Below the pieces are notes generated by a model. The model was not told the DNA's origin, ran no database searches, and saw only the letters and a program-made list of their open reading frames with translations. This document shows, piece by piece, positions 1-9,570 of a stretch of DNA of 64,000 nucleotides (positions are counted from its first letter, which is position 1; every line of letters starts with the position of its first letter). The stretch lies in NCBI GenBank assembly GCA_965204535.1, contig OZ241996.1:32001-96000 (forward strand). Direction: 5' to 3'. The position numbers were made by a program, and so were the translations under genes. Source of the DNA: a bacterium (GTDB taxonomy: Bacteria > UBA8248).

Positions 1-762
1 GTATACACGTGCAAACTTATCGCGGTTGTCTCTGTGCAATTTCATGCCACGAATGAATCCTCTCAAAAACTTCGTATACACATCTCTATCTTTCTTGAGG
101 GTTTTTCCGTTGGCCATTAAAATCCACAGGTTGTTTGCATATTTGCAAAAAGTTTCCACTGTGCGGGCATATCCCCTGTCGATGGCAATGGCAGCTTGCG
201 GGTTATTCAAAGCTATCATATCCACTGTCCGGGATTTAAGCGCCGCCATGCGGGTATCATTGTTCATGTTCACGGTCGTGAAATCTTTCACGGTTAAACC
301 ATATTCCGGCAAGATGAAGGTTGTCAGCGTGAAATAAGTACCCGTAGCTTTACCTACTCCAAGTCTTTTGCCCTTCAAGTCATGCAAGGTTTTCACAGGT
401 GATTTTGGAGATGTGAGAATTTTATTTGCTTTGCACCAATAATTTGCATTTCCGATTCCAGGGGCATTCGCTCTTTTCGATATGGCTGAGTAAAAAGCAC
501 GGTCGGCAGCGCCACCAATATCAAGAGAGTTCGCCAAAATCGCCTGACGCATTAATTTGCCCTGTGGGAATTGTTTAATGGTGTATTTTCCCTTGCCGAT
601 GGTTTGATTATAATAGCCCATCTTATGAGCAACGATGGTGACCGCTCCCATAACAGAGCGATGGTGGCCGATGCGGAATGGCGCTGCGTGAGCGGAAAAT
701 ACCGTCAACAAAACTCCCGCCATGGCCAGGGCGACAACTAGAAAAATACCTCTGCGATTCAT
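1..762 (-). CDS. ABC transporter substrate-binding protein, NitT/TauT/SsuA type (3' end runs off window)
   Basis: Manual translation MNRRGIFLVVALAMAGVLLTVFSAHAAPFRIG... with signal peptide and SPVKTLHDLKGKRLGV motif; AAGGAGG RBS upstream; absent from ORF track because it has no stop in the window. Confidence 0.8.
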   Translation of the reverse strand, partial: MNRRGIFLVVALAMAGVLLTVFSAHAAPFRIGHHRSVMGAVTIVAHKMGYYNQTIGKGKYTIKQFPQGKLMRQAILANSLDIGGAADRAFYSAISKRANAPGIGNANYWCKANKILTSPKSPVKTLHDLKGKRLGVGKATGTYFTLTTFILPEYGLTVKDFTTVNMNNDTRMAALKSRTVDMIALNNPQAAIAIDRGYARTVETFCKYANNLWILMANGKTLKKDRDVYTKFLRGFIRGMKLHRDNRDKFARVY

Positions 763-988
763 TACAAAATCCTCCTTGAGATTCATTGGCCCGAAGGCAT
801 CCATGGGTGAAACAGCAAGAAGAGCAACCCGTTACCGGGAAGCAAATTTCAATGTCGAAAATCCCATCAAATCAATATGAGAGAAACGTATCATACCTTG
901 TGACATAATTGCATCCTGCTTTGCCCCCGGAATTAATCTCTCATTTTCCATCCCGAAAAAATCTCCGACCTGTTTCGACTTGTTTTGA

Positions 989-2200
989 TCAGGCAGTGGA
1001 TTCCGGTTCAGGACTTCGTCTTTGCAAGGACAAAGCCAAAACAAAACCCACAAGCAAAACGATTGGAAGCGTCCAAAAAGCATTCAACATTCCGATTCTT
1101 TCCCCAAGAATAGAAAGAGGGAGCGCTGTTAATCCGGCCAATAATGTACCACCACCCAGTATCAATGAGCTTGCGAAGCCCCGATGCTCTGGCAAGTACT
1201 CTTGGGATAAGGCAACAGATACGCCCATTGGCACAAAAGCGCCTGCACCAATGATTGCCAGAGATATATAAGACCATTCCAAGGAAGATAATTGAAAAAC
1301 CAACATACCGGCCAAGGCGCATCCAACGCCGATTGTAATCACTTTAGGCTTCCCGTACCTGTCACCTAAAATACCACCGAGCATGACGCCTATAGCTCCT
1401 GAGATAAAAATGATCGAGTTAGCCATGCCACCTCGCCAAAGCCCAAAACCCCTTTCAACAAATATCGTAGGCAAAAAGCCCGATAAATTCATCAAGGTCA
1501 TCCCCCGCACAACCGCAATACCGAACAGGAGCAGTACAGGACCTCGTACATTTTTAAGCGCTATTATCAAACCCGTTTGCCCGCCTCCTGCGTAATTTTT
1601 TTTCTTTCTCTGGGGCGGAGCCGGCATCCCTAATTTCACACCCGCCATGGCGAGCACCGCCACAAGAATGAACACCCACAAATGCTCCATCCCTATCATT
1701 TCTGCGATAAAAATGGCGATCAACGGACCAATTGCGAAACCCAGCCTTCCCGCCGTAACGAACAAGCTGACAATAAATCCAGCATGTTCGGAACTCAGCC
1801 TGCCCGCACGCGCGGCCATATCCGGGTGGCATAGCCCAAAAAGAATTCCTCCCATGATTACTGCAGCGGCCAAACCATATACGCTCGTCACCCAACCAAT
1901 CGCTGTAAAAGCTATGGAACTTCCGATTAGGCCTACGGTTAGCCAGGGTAACCAAGGCCACCTGTCAATGACGATACCGGTGATGGGTTGCGTGATAGAG
2001 CCACTCACTGTCTGACAAGAAATCAAAAAACCGATTGTCGTGATACTGAGTCCTAATTTTTCTTTTAATAATGGGGCAAGGGGTGCGAAGAAATTGGCCT
2101 GGCTATCCACCACGAAATGCGCAAAGAAAATGAAGCCTGTTCCGGCCCAAGGTAAAGTGCGCAAGGATGGCTTTTCTGAATTCTTGGGGTTGTTATTCAT
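989..2200 (-). CDS. MFS transporter (Fsr-like)
   Basis: 403 aa, about 12 hydrophobic segments, motif-A-like GILGDRYGK. Confidence 0.85.
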   Translation of the reverse strand: MNNNPKNSEKPSLRTLPWAGTGFIFFAHFVVDSQANFFAPLAPLLKEKLGLSITTIGFLISCQTVSGSITQPITGIVIDRWPWLPWLTVGLIGSSIAFTAIGWVTSVYGLAAAVIMGGILFGLCHPDMAARAGRLSSEHAGFIVSLFVTAGRLGFAIGPLIAIFIAEMIGMEHLWVFILVAVLAMAGVKLGMPAPPQRKKKNYAGGGQTGLIIALKNVRGPVLLLFGIAVVRGMTLMNLSGFLPTIFVERGFGLWRGGMANSIIFISGAIGVMLGGILGDRYGKPKVITIGVGCALAGMLVFQLSSLEWSYISLAIIGAGAFVPMGVSVALSQEYLPEHRGFASSLILGGGTLLAGLTALPLSILGERIGMLNAFWTLPIVLLVGFVLALSLQRRSPEPESTA

Positions 2201-2202
2201 AT

Positions 2203-3201
2203 CTACCTTGGGGCCAGGGCTATTAGCGTACGTTCGACTGCTTCTTGATAACTCTCACCCGCCAACACGGGGTCTATCATCAAGGCTGGCATGTCCACTC
2301 CGGCATCACAGAAAGCCGCCAAGCGTTCCCGGCACCTCTCTGGCGGGCCGACAAGACAAAATTCATCGATGATAGCGTCAGTTATCCCATCTCTCAAAGC
2401 TTTTTGATCACCACGTTCGAAGGCTCGTTTTATGGATTCCGCCTCTTGTTCATAACCGCTTTTCCGAATCGAATTGTTGTATGCGGGAAGTCCCAACCAA
2501 TATGTCAATGTTTGGCGGGCAGCTTCTCTCGCGAAGTTGAGGTCGTCACATAAGAAGGTATGTATCCCAAGATCAATCTCTACATCACGGGGATTTCTAT
2601 CTGCTAGTTTCACGCCTGCGCCTCTCGCTTCCAAATATGCGCCCATTCTTGATAGCGGAACCATATACGGCAACAATCCATCGGCTATTTCTCCGCCAAG
2701 CTCTGTCATCTTTGGGCCGACGGCTGCTATGTAAATTCGGACCGGATAGTTTGAGCGCCTGAATTTCAACTCCTCTCCCTGGTAAGTCTGGACAGGAAGA
2801 GGATACACAGGCTCACCCTCCAGTACACCTTTCACCTCATTCACATATTTCCGCATATCTTCGAGAGGATTTCCGGGCTCTATCCCCATCGCTTTGACCC
2901 GAGGCGGGTGCCCAAGCCCGAGACCTAAGATATAGCGGCCGCCGGAGATTTCGCTGATCGCCGCCGCGCCTTGGGCCGCCATGGAGGCATGGCGCAAATA
3001 AATGATGGCAACCGAACTCCCGATCTCGATCCTGGACGTGTATGTCGCCATCAACTGATTGATGGCCAAGGTGTCCGTCAAAGATTCTGTCGTATAAACA
3101 CGATCATATCCTAATTCCTCCCCAAGCCTGGAAACCTCTCCTAATCCCTTCAAGGAAATGTCCGCAAACGTGAGAAGCCAAAACCCGAGGCGATGCGTCA
3201 T
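2203..3201 (-). CDS. LLM-class (luciferase-like) flavin/F420-dependent oxidoreductase
   Basis: EISGGRYILGLGLG, IYIAAVGPKMTELGGEIADG and C-terminal LVGPPERC motifs. Confidence 0.85.
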   Translation of the reverse strand: MTHRLGFWLLTFADISLKGLGEVSRLGEELGYDRVYTTESLTDTLAINQLMATYTSRIEIGSSVAIIYLRHASMAAQGAAAISEISGGRYILGLGLGHPPRVKAMGIEPGNPLEDMRKYVNEVKGVLEGEPVYPLPVQTYQGEELKFRRSNYPVRIYIAAVGPKMTELGGEIADGLLPYMVPLSRMGAYLEARGAGVKLADRNPRDVEIDLGIHTFLCDDLNFAREAARQTLTYWLGLPAYNNSIRKSGYEQEAESIKRAFERGDQKALRDGITDAIIDEFCLVGPPERCRERLAAFCDAGVDMPALMIDPVLAGESYQEAVERTLIALAPR

Positions 3202-3237
3202 ATCAAACCCTTCCGTAAACCATGTCCTTGGGCATAC

Positions 3238-3999
3238 TCATTGGCATAATCGACCCCCATCCATCAATATGACTGCCCCGTTCATATATGATGCTTCATC
3301 AGAAGCCATGAATACAGCGCAATCGGCGATTTCTTCCGGAGCAGCAAATCGCCCCAACGGTATATTACTCATTAGTCTCTCTCGTCTATCTGCTTGCGTT
3401 TCCACGCGGTGCTTCGTCCCCTCACTCAGAGTCGTTCCCGGAGCTATCGCATTCACCCGAATCCCTTTGGGCCCGAGTTCTGCTGCATGAGCCTTCGTCA
3501 TCAGGTGCATGGCCCCTTTCGTAGCACAATAGAGCGAATTATCGGGTACTCCTGCCTCGCCGGATGTCGAGCCGATGTTGATGATCTGACCATCTGCCCT
3601 GGGAATCATGTGCTTGGCTGCCAATCCACTCAGAAGGAACGAGGCCATCGCATTGACCTGAAAAAGCGCGACTACTTCGTCATGCGTAATTTCCTCTACG
3701 GGCTTGTTACAGCGCACCCCGGCGCAGTTCACCAAAATATCGAGATTACCCAGATGCATCAGGGCGCGACTCATCAAAGGAGCCGCATTCGCCAGGTTCG
3801 ACAAATCCACCCTCTCGCCGGCCGCCGATATTCCTTGGGCCTTGCAATAAGCGAGGGTCGACCCCAAAGCTCTCTGGTTTCTGCCACCCGCCAAATATAG
3901 TGAACAACCCTCTTCGGCGAAACGCCTTGAGATGGCGGAGCCGATTCCCACCGAGGCTCCGGTGATCAAGGCCGTCTTTCCTTGCAGTCGCAATCGCAT
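3238..3999 (-). CDS. Short-chain dehydrogenase/reductase
   Basis: TGASVGIG, NCAG, YCATK, IRVNAIAPG. Confidence 0.9.
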   Translation of the reverse strand: MRLRLQGKTALITGASVGIGSAISRRFAEEGCSLYLAGGRNQRALGSTLAYCKAQGISAAGERVDLSNLANAAPLMSRALMHLGNLDILVNCAGVRCNKPVEEITHDEVVALFQVNAMASFLLSGLAAKHMIPRADGQIINIGSTSGEAGVPDNSLYCATKGAMHLMTKAHAAELGPKGIRVNAIAPGTTLSEGTKHRVETQADRRERLMSNIPLGRFAAPEEIADCAVFMASDEASYMNGAVILMDGGRLCQ

Positions 4000-4013
4000 A
4001 TCGAATAGTTCCT

Positions 4014-4562
4014 TTACTTTAACGGAGGCTCTGTTCCTTCCGGCACTTGTAGTTCAAATGCGTTGAGCGTCATCGAGACGGTCGTGTAATGCCCGATAAG
4101 ACCGATTAACTCCACCAGCCCACGCTCTCCGAAATGCTCGAATGCATTCTGGTAAATCTCATCGCTCACGAAGTGATTTTTGTGCAATGCGATACAAAAA
4201 TCATAGACCGCTTCTTCATCGGCGGCCATTGTCTCGGGTCGCCTGTTCTCCTGAACCGCCTCGATAATCTCGGGGGATAAACCTCCCTTCCTGGCCAAAG
4301 GCTCATGGGCGTACCATTCGTATTGCGAACCCCAGAACCGGGCGGTGATCAAAATCGCAAACTCGCTCAGCCTGGGCTCGAAGAGGGTGTCATAGCGTAG
4401 GTAACGCCCCGTTTCTTCCAGCTTTTCAAGATAAGCCGGGCTTTTCAGCCACGCCAGAAACGGGCCGCGTACGCCTCCTCTGGGGCCGGAGTCGATTTTC
4501 TCATAGAGGTTTCTCTGCACCTCCGTCATCTGTTCCATTGGTGTCTCGGTCAAACGTGCCAT
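4014..4562 (-). CDS. Carboxymuconolactone decarboxylase/AhpD-fold protein (no CxxC)
   Basis: Start re-assigned to MARLTE after AGGAG RBS; GPRGGVRGPF, YEWYAH, FGERGLVELIGLIGHY motifs. Confidence 0.8.
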   Translation of the reverse strand: MARLTETPMEQMTEVQRNLYEKIDSGPRGGVRGPFLAWLKSPAYLEKLEETGRYLRYDTLFEPRLSEFAILITARFWGSQYEWYAHEPLARKGGLSPEIIEAVQENRRPETMAADEEAVYDFCIALHKNHFVSDEIYQNAFEHFGERGLVELIGLIGHYTTVSMTLNAFELQVPEGTEPPLK

Positions 4563-4781
4563 CGGTATGAGTTCTCCTATAGACTGAAAACGTGCGCGAA
4601 CATTCACCCTCCACCTGCTACATAAGAATTTCACAGGTTGCAAGGCGATGCTTAGTCTGATAAGCAGTTAACAAGGCTGCGGCCGGCGCGGCCAACTTGA
4701 ATTTCTGGAAATGTACTTGGAGTGAAGGGCCCCCACCTGTTTCACCTCTACCCATTTCCAAAATATGCAGGAGATCAGCAA

Positions 4782-4997
4782 GTGCCAGAAGGAACAGTGA
4801 AGTGGTTCAATGACGCGAAGGGCTATGGATTCATTTCGCAGACGGATGGTGACGATGTTTTCGTCCACTTCTCCGCCATCCAGGGAGAGGGCTTCAAAAC
4901 CCTGGAGGAAGGACAAAACGTGAACTTCGAAATTGTCCAGGGCCCGAAAGGGCTTCAGGCGGCCAACGTCACAAAGGGGGGTGACTCCGAAGAATAA
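4782..4997 (+). CDS. cspA: Cold-shock protein
   Basis: [15 protein letters not shown] and [12 protein letters not shown] motifs; GTG start after AGGAGA. Confidence 0.92.
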   Translation: MPEGTVKWFNDAKGYGFISQTDGDDVFVHFSAIQGEGFKTLEEGQNVNFEIVQGPKGLQAANVTKGGDSEE

Positions 4998-5018
4998 CCC
5001 TCGTATAGAGAAAACCCG

Positions 5019-5050
5019 AAACGACGGCTCACCCGGGCCGTCGTTTTTTT
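5019..5050 (+). terminator. Rho-independent terminator of csp gene
   Basis: AAACGACGGC...GCCGTCGTTT hairpin followed by T7. Confidence 0.8.
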
Positions 5051-5157
5051 GTCCGCCGATATGACTCTCCCCCGCTTGCGGGAAGGTTGAGCCTCCATGA
5101 TATAACCCCATCGGCAGGACATCCAGGCGATCGACAACATAGCAAGAAAGGCATTTC

Positions 5158-6261
5158 ATGCGCGACGTCATTATCATCGGTGGCGGCATCATGGGTCTCC
5201 TCACGGCGAGAGAACTCCGCAAAACGGGCAGGAGCGTCACCATCATCGAAAAGGGCCGGCCCGGAGCGGGCGCCACCTGGGCTTCCGCCGGCATCATTTC
5301 CGCACACGGGACGAGCGGCTCCGCCGATATCGCCGGCCCCCCGGGTCTCAAGCTCCGGACTGTCTCCTATGAAGAATGGCCCCTCCTCGCGGAAGCCATC
5401 GCCGAGGAAAGCGGAACGGACATCGAATACCGCCTCACCGGCGTATTGCTGATCGCCCTGGACGAGGCGGAAGCGCAATCCATACAGGAAAAAGCCCGTG
5501 CGCGCGAGTGGGGCGAGGCGGAGTGGATGCCGCCCGGCGTTTTGCAGGCCGAAGAGCCCTGCCTTTCAGATGAATTGTCGGGCGCGCTCCTTGTAACGGG
5601 CGGAAACCTTGAAGTCAGAAAGCTCGGGCCCGCGCTCGAGCTCGCCTGCAGGCGGGCGGGGGTGGAGATCATCACCGGATGCGCGGCCGAGGAAATCCTG
5701 AGCGACGGCGATAAAGTCACCGGCGTCCGCACGGATGGCGGCGTTCAAGAGGCGCCCGCCGTCTTCATCTGCGCGGGGATAGGCAGCCGCAGCGTGCCGG
5801 GCGCCGCTCCCCGGGCGCCCATCACCCCCCAGCGCGGGCAGATGCTCGCCATGGACGCCAGAGCGCTCGGGCTTGAGCGCGTGGTGCTGACCGTGAACGA
5901 CCCCTACCTCGTGCCCCGCGCCGACGGCCGCGTTCTGCTGGGCGCGACGAGGGAGTTCGCCGGCGAGGACCCGAGGCTTACCGTGGGCGGGGTGGCCTGG
6001 CTGCTGAGCGAGGGCATCCGTGTCGCGCCCGGAATCGCCTCCTGCGCCATCGAGGAGACCTGGAGCGGCTTCCGGCCCACCTCCTCGGACTACCTGCCCC
6101 TCATCGGAAAGGGAGCGCTCGAGGGCCTCTACTTCTGCACCGGACACGGGCCTTCGGGGATCGGGCCTGCGCCTGCGAGCGTGAGGCTGGCGACGGCGCT
6201 CTATCTGGGAGACGCCCCGCCGCTCGATCCGGCGCCCTATGACCCGATGCGCTTCGCGTAG
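5158..6261 (+). CDS. FAD-dependent oxidoreductase, glycine oxidase ThiO/DAO family
   Basis: IIGGGIMG, ATWASAG, RGQM, WSGFRP, TGHG motifs. Confidence 0.8.
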   Translation: MRDVIIIGGGIMGLLTARELRKTGRSVTIIEKGRPGAGATWASAGIISAHGTSGSADIAGPPGLKLRTVSYEEWPLLAEAIAEESGTDIEYRLTGVLLIALDEAEAQSIQEKARAREWGEAEWMPPGVLQAEEPCLSDELSGALLVTGGNLEVRKLGPALELACRRAGVEIITGCAAEEILSDGDKVTGVRTDGGVQEAPAVFICAGIGSRSVPGAAPRAPITPQRGQMLAMDARALGLERVVLTVNDPYLVPRADGRVLLGATREFAGEDPRLTVGGVAWLLSEGIRVAPGIASCAIEETWSGFRPTSSDYLPLIGKGALEGLYFCTGHGPSGIGPAPASVRLATALYLGDAPPLDPAPYDPMRFA

Positions 6262-6499
6262 CAAATGCGGGGAAATGCGGGCTTCAAAAAAACTTTTTTA
6301 ATTCGATAAATTTCCATAAAATCCTAATGTGTCACTTTAATATATGCCGGTAACTTGCTATACTAAAATCATATATATCGTTAGTTCGACTCCAAAACAA
6401 TTTCAGAAATTTATCGATATTTACGGGAATTATCAAGGAAAGTTGACAGAGCCGCCCTCCCGCCACGATTTAGACGGGAGGGGGTTTGTTGCGCTAATT

Positions 6500-6676
6500 C
6501 TAAACCTCTACTACGGGTGCGTCAGCGGAAGATTTCACAAGGCCGATCCCATGTTCACAATCGGCCTTGTTTTTGTAACCCTCGCCACTGCTTGCGATTA
6601 TATCAACATTGTTTCCAGACCTCAGTCGCCAGCGCCATTCGTTCCTTGCATCTTTATACATTTCATATCTCATCAT
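6500..6676 (-). CDS. YegP/DUF1508 family protein
   Basis: YEMYKDARNEWRWRLRSGNNVDIIASSGEGYKNKADCEHGIGLVK matches the family pattern; AGGAG RBS. Confidence 0.85.
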   Translation of the reverse strand: MMRYEMYKDARNEWRWRLRSGNNVDIIASSGEGYKNKADCEHGIGLVKSSADAPVVEV

Positions 6677-6914
6677 GAATTCTCCTAAATTCAAACCATT
6701 TGCTTGTAGCTATCGTTACAAGGGAAAAGAATGTGCCACGGAAATCATGGCAGAGAGCTTCGAAGATGCTGAAGCCCGTTTGTCTGCTCTCCATTTTGGG
6801 AAAGTAGATGGCGAAATCATGGCCGTAATTCCCGTGACACCTACTACTGCGCCCACCACAAAAATTCTTGTGCGGGCGATAACTTACATACGCAATCTCC
6901 TTTCCGGGCGTTGA
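6675..6914 (+). CDS. Small hypothetical protein (phage-like)
   Basis: 79-aa ORF MNSPKFKPFACSYRY...AESFEDAEARL..GKVDG; start overlaps the yegP-like start. Confidence 0.45.
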   Translation: MNSPKFKPFACSYRYKGKECATEIMAESFEDAEARLSALHFGKVDGEIMAVIPVTPTTAPTTKILVRAITYIRNLLSGR

Positions 6915-6951
6915 TTGTAGATTTTCCTATTTGAAAAAGGAGCATATAACT

Positions 6952-7047
6952 ATGCAAACCAAGCTAAGAGAAATTTTGATTGATATGATTTCCCCTATTC
7001 TTCAACTGGCCTTGGTCTTATTTGTTTTGTGGCACTTCAAAACTTAG
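6952..7047 (+). CDS. 31-aa single-TM peptide
   Basis: MQTKLREILIDMISPILQLALVLFVLWHFKT with AAGGAG RBS; below ORF-track cutoff. Confidence 0.4.
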   Translation: MQTKLREILIDMISPILQLALVLFVLWHFKT

Positions 7048-7391
7048 GTGGTTGTCTTGTCTATTTCTTTTTTGAACTCCCGCATTTTGTTCAGAGCGCG
7101 GAAAACTGACCCGCTTCCTCCAGCTAATAAAAAAGCCGTAATTACATATCCTACTTCAGTGGGAACTTGGCTTTTCATGCTCACTGCATTTAGACCCATA
7201 AACAATAAATCTATTTTCAGACCGAGGGTAATCGCTAAGCCGCCAGCTAAAATAAGTAGAGATTTGAACCCTAGCCCGGTCAAATATTTCTTGAACCATC
7301 TAGAGTTGAAAACAAACCCTGCGGCTTCTTCAAGAATGAGTGCCAAGAAGAACCATACCCACAAAAACTTCACCATTAAGGTCCAGTCCAT
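7044..7391 (-). CDS. Small membrane protein, holin-like topology
   Basis: 115 aa, 3 hydrophobic segments, GYVITAFLLAGGSG, charged C-tail; AGGAG RBS. Confidence 0.6.
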   Translation of the reverse strand: MDWTLMVKFLWVWFFLALILEEAAGFVFNSRWFKKYLTGLGFKSLLILAGGLAITLGLKIDLLFMGLNAVSMKSQVPTEVGYVITAFLLAGGSGSVFRALNKMREFKKEIDKTTT

Positions 7392-7620
7392 TTCAGTTTC
7401 TCCTATTTTAGGCGGGCGACCCGTTTGACATTGTTAGCACTCCATGATGACTGCTGTCAATACCCTTTTTCAGTGGTTTTCAGGGGGCGGAAAAAAAGCA
7501 TAAACGAAGAAGAGAAAATTATCAACAAAAGGAGAAATATAGGCAAAAATGCTTAAAAGAAGAGTTGACAAAATCATTATAACTCTGTATAATATCAGTA
7601 GTTTATATGGAGGATAAATA

Positions 7621-8568
7621 ATGAAAAGAGTTGCAGAAACAGTTGGTTTATTTGATTTAATGGAAGAGTATTCGACGGATACGAAGGCGAGGAAGTATTT
7701 TGAGCATCTTCGGTGGGGAGACACTCCAGTTTGTATTAAATGTGGAGGTTTCCAGAAGATTACGAAACAGAAGAAGTACCCTGGCCGTTACTGGTGCGGG
7801 GATTGCAGAAGCTATTTTACAGCACTTACCGATACTCCGCTTGAATACGCAAAGGTGAAACCGAGGAAATGGATTATGGCGGCTTATATTCTTATGACGG
7901 CGCGGAAAGGCGTTTCTAGTCTCCAGTTGAGCAAAGAGCTTTCAGTTTCTCAGCCTACAGCATGGTATATTCTTCATAGGTTGCGGCTGGCGTGTGAAGG
8001 AAGCATGGAGGCTTTGAGAGGCGAAGTCGAGGCCGATGAGACGTATCTTGGAGGCGTAGATAGGAATAGAAAGCACAGCAAGAAGATTAACCCCGGAAGC
8101 GGCTCCAAAAAAGATAAGGTTTCCATCGTTGGGGTAAGAGAAAGAGGGACTGGCCGGGTAAAGGCTCAAATGGTTCCAAATACTAAGGGCGAAACTCTAC
8201 AGAATTTTGTTCGAGAGAATATCATCCCAGGGTCTACCCTCTATACGGATGAAAATCGGGGATACACCTACCTTGGCGAAAATTATGGCGGCGAATATAA
8301 GCATGAGCGAGTGAAGCATTCAGCTAAGGAATTTGTAAACGGCATGGCGCACACGAATGGAATTGAAAGCGTGTGGGCTGTTCTCAAACGTGGATTCAAT
8401 GGTGTTTATCATAACTGGAGTAAAAAGCATTGCCGAGCCTATGTGAACGAATTTACTTTCAGGTTGAACGAAGGTAATTGTGAGATTGACACCAAGGATC
8501 GGCTGGATTCTTTGTTCAGAGCAATGGTCGGAAAGAAAATTACTTACGATGAGTTAACGGCGGATTAG
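7621..8568 (+). CDS. IS1595-family transposase
   Basis: Zn ribbon CIKC...CGDC, HTH (SSLQLSKELSVSQPTAW), catalytic EADETY / YTDE / HTNGIES, EFTFRLN. Confidence 0.95.
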   Translation: MKRVAETVGLFDLMEEYSTDTKARKYFEHLRWGDTPVCIKCGGFQKITKQKKYPGRYWCGDCRSYFTALTDTPLEYAKVKPRKWIMAAYILMTARKGVSSLQLSKELSVSQPTAWYILHRLRLACEGSMEALRGEVEADETYLGGVDRNRKHSKKINPGSGSKKDKVSIVGVRERGTGRVKAQMVPNTKGETLQNFVRENIIPGSTLYTDENRGYTYLGENYGGEYKHERVKHSAKEFVNGMAHTNGIESVWAVLKRGFNGVYHNWSKKHCRAYVNEFTFRLNEGNCEIDTKDRLDSLFRAMVGKKITYDELTAD

Positions 8569-8599
8569 GTTATTTTAGAAAAAGATTTGGTGGGATGGT

Positions 8600-9570
8600 A
8601 TGAGTCTAAATCAAAACTTGCATAAGGCACAGAAACAAAAGAATGACGAATTCTATACTCAGTTGACGGATATTGAAAAAGAACTCAAGCACTATAAAGA
8701 CCATTTTCGAAACAAGGTTGTTTACTGTAACTGCGACGATCCGACTATGAGTAACTTCTTTCAATATTTCTGGTTGAATTTCAATGTCCTTGGATTAAAG
8801 AAGTTGATAACAACTTGTTACAAAAGTCAGAACCATGAACTTTTCAGTCGCCATGATCAAGAGAAATCTCTTGGTATAATGCTTGCAAGAGAGAAGATTG
8901 TTTACCGGACATAAACGTATTTCGATTGCAGGGCGATGGAGATTTTAGAAGTCAGGAATGTATTGAGTTATTAAAACAATCAGATATTGTTGTAACAAAC
9001 CCTCCTTTTTCATTATTCCGCGAATATGTTGTTCAGCTAATAGAATATGAGAAGAAGTTTCTCATTATCGGGGACCAGAATGCGATTACTTATAAAGAGA
9101 TATTCCCGTTTATTAAAGAAAAAAGAATCTGGTTGGGTGTCGATAACGGTGGAACAAAATGGTTTGAGGTAAACCCTGATTATGAAATCAAAACAAAAAG
9201 CAGAGAAAAGTTTGAAAACGACAAGAAATACTTCAGTAAAGGCAGCATTATGTGGTTCACCAATCTTGACTTTAAGCAACGTCATGAAGATTTGATTCTT
9301 TATAAGCGATATACGCCGGAAGAATATCCCAAATACGATAATTACGACGCCATTAATGTAGACAAATACAAAGAAATTCCTATGGATTACGATGGAGCTA
9401 TGGGCGTGCCTATCACCTTTTTGAATAAATATAATCCAAATCAATTCGATATAATTGGTATGGATAGGCCTCTTGTAAAAGAATTGATAGGCAAACAAAG
9501 TAGATTCTTGATCAATAAAAAAGAAATTTTTGCAAGAATCGTCATCAGAAACAAGAGACTCCAAACATGA
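8600..9570 (+). pseudogene. Adenine DNA methyltransferase (EcoRI-methylase-like family), split by a frameshift into 8600-8914 and 8926-9570
   Basis: N-part has KNDEFYT and YCNCDDP; C-part has GDGDFRS and VVTNPPF in another frame; frames join near 8885-8895. Confidence 0.75.

Noticed and set aside
5050-5157. TPP riboswitch upstream of the ThiO-like gene (also checked upstream of thiD)
   Set aside because: Conserved TPP aptamer motifs not seen; the thiO symbol was therefore withheld
7470-7724. Antisense ORF over the transposase start
   Set aside because: No motifs; overlaps the transposase promoter and 5' end
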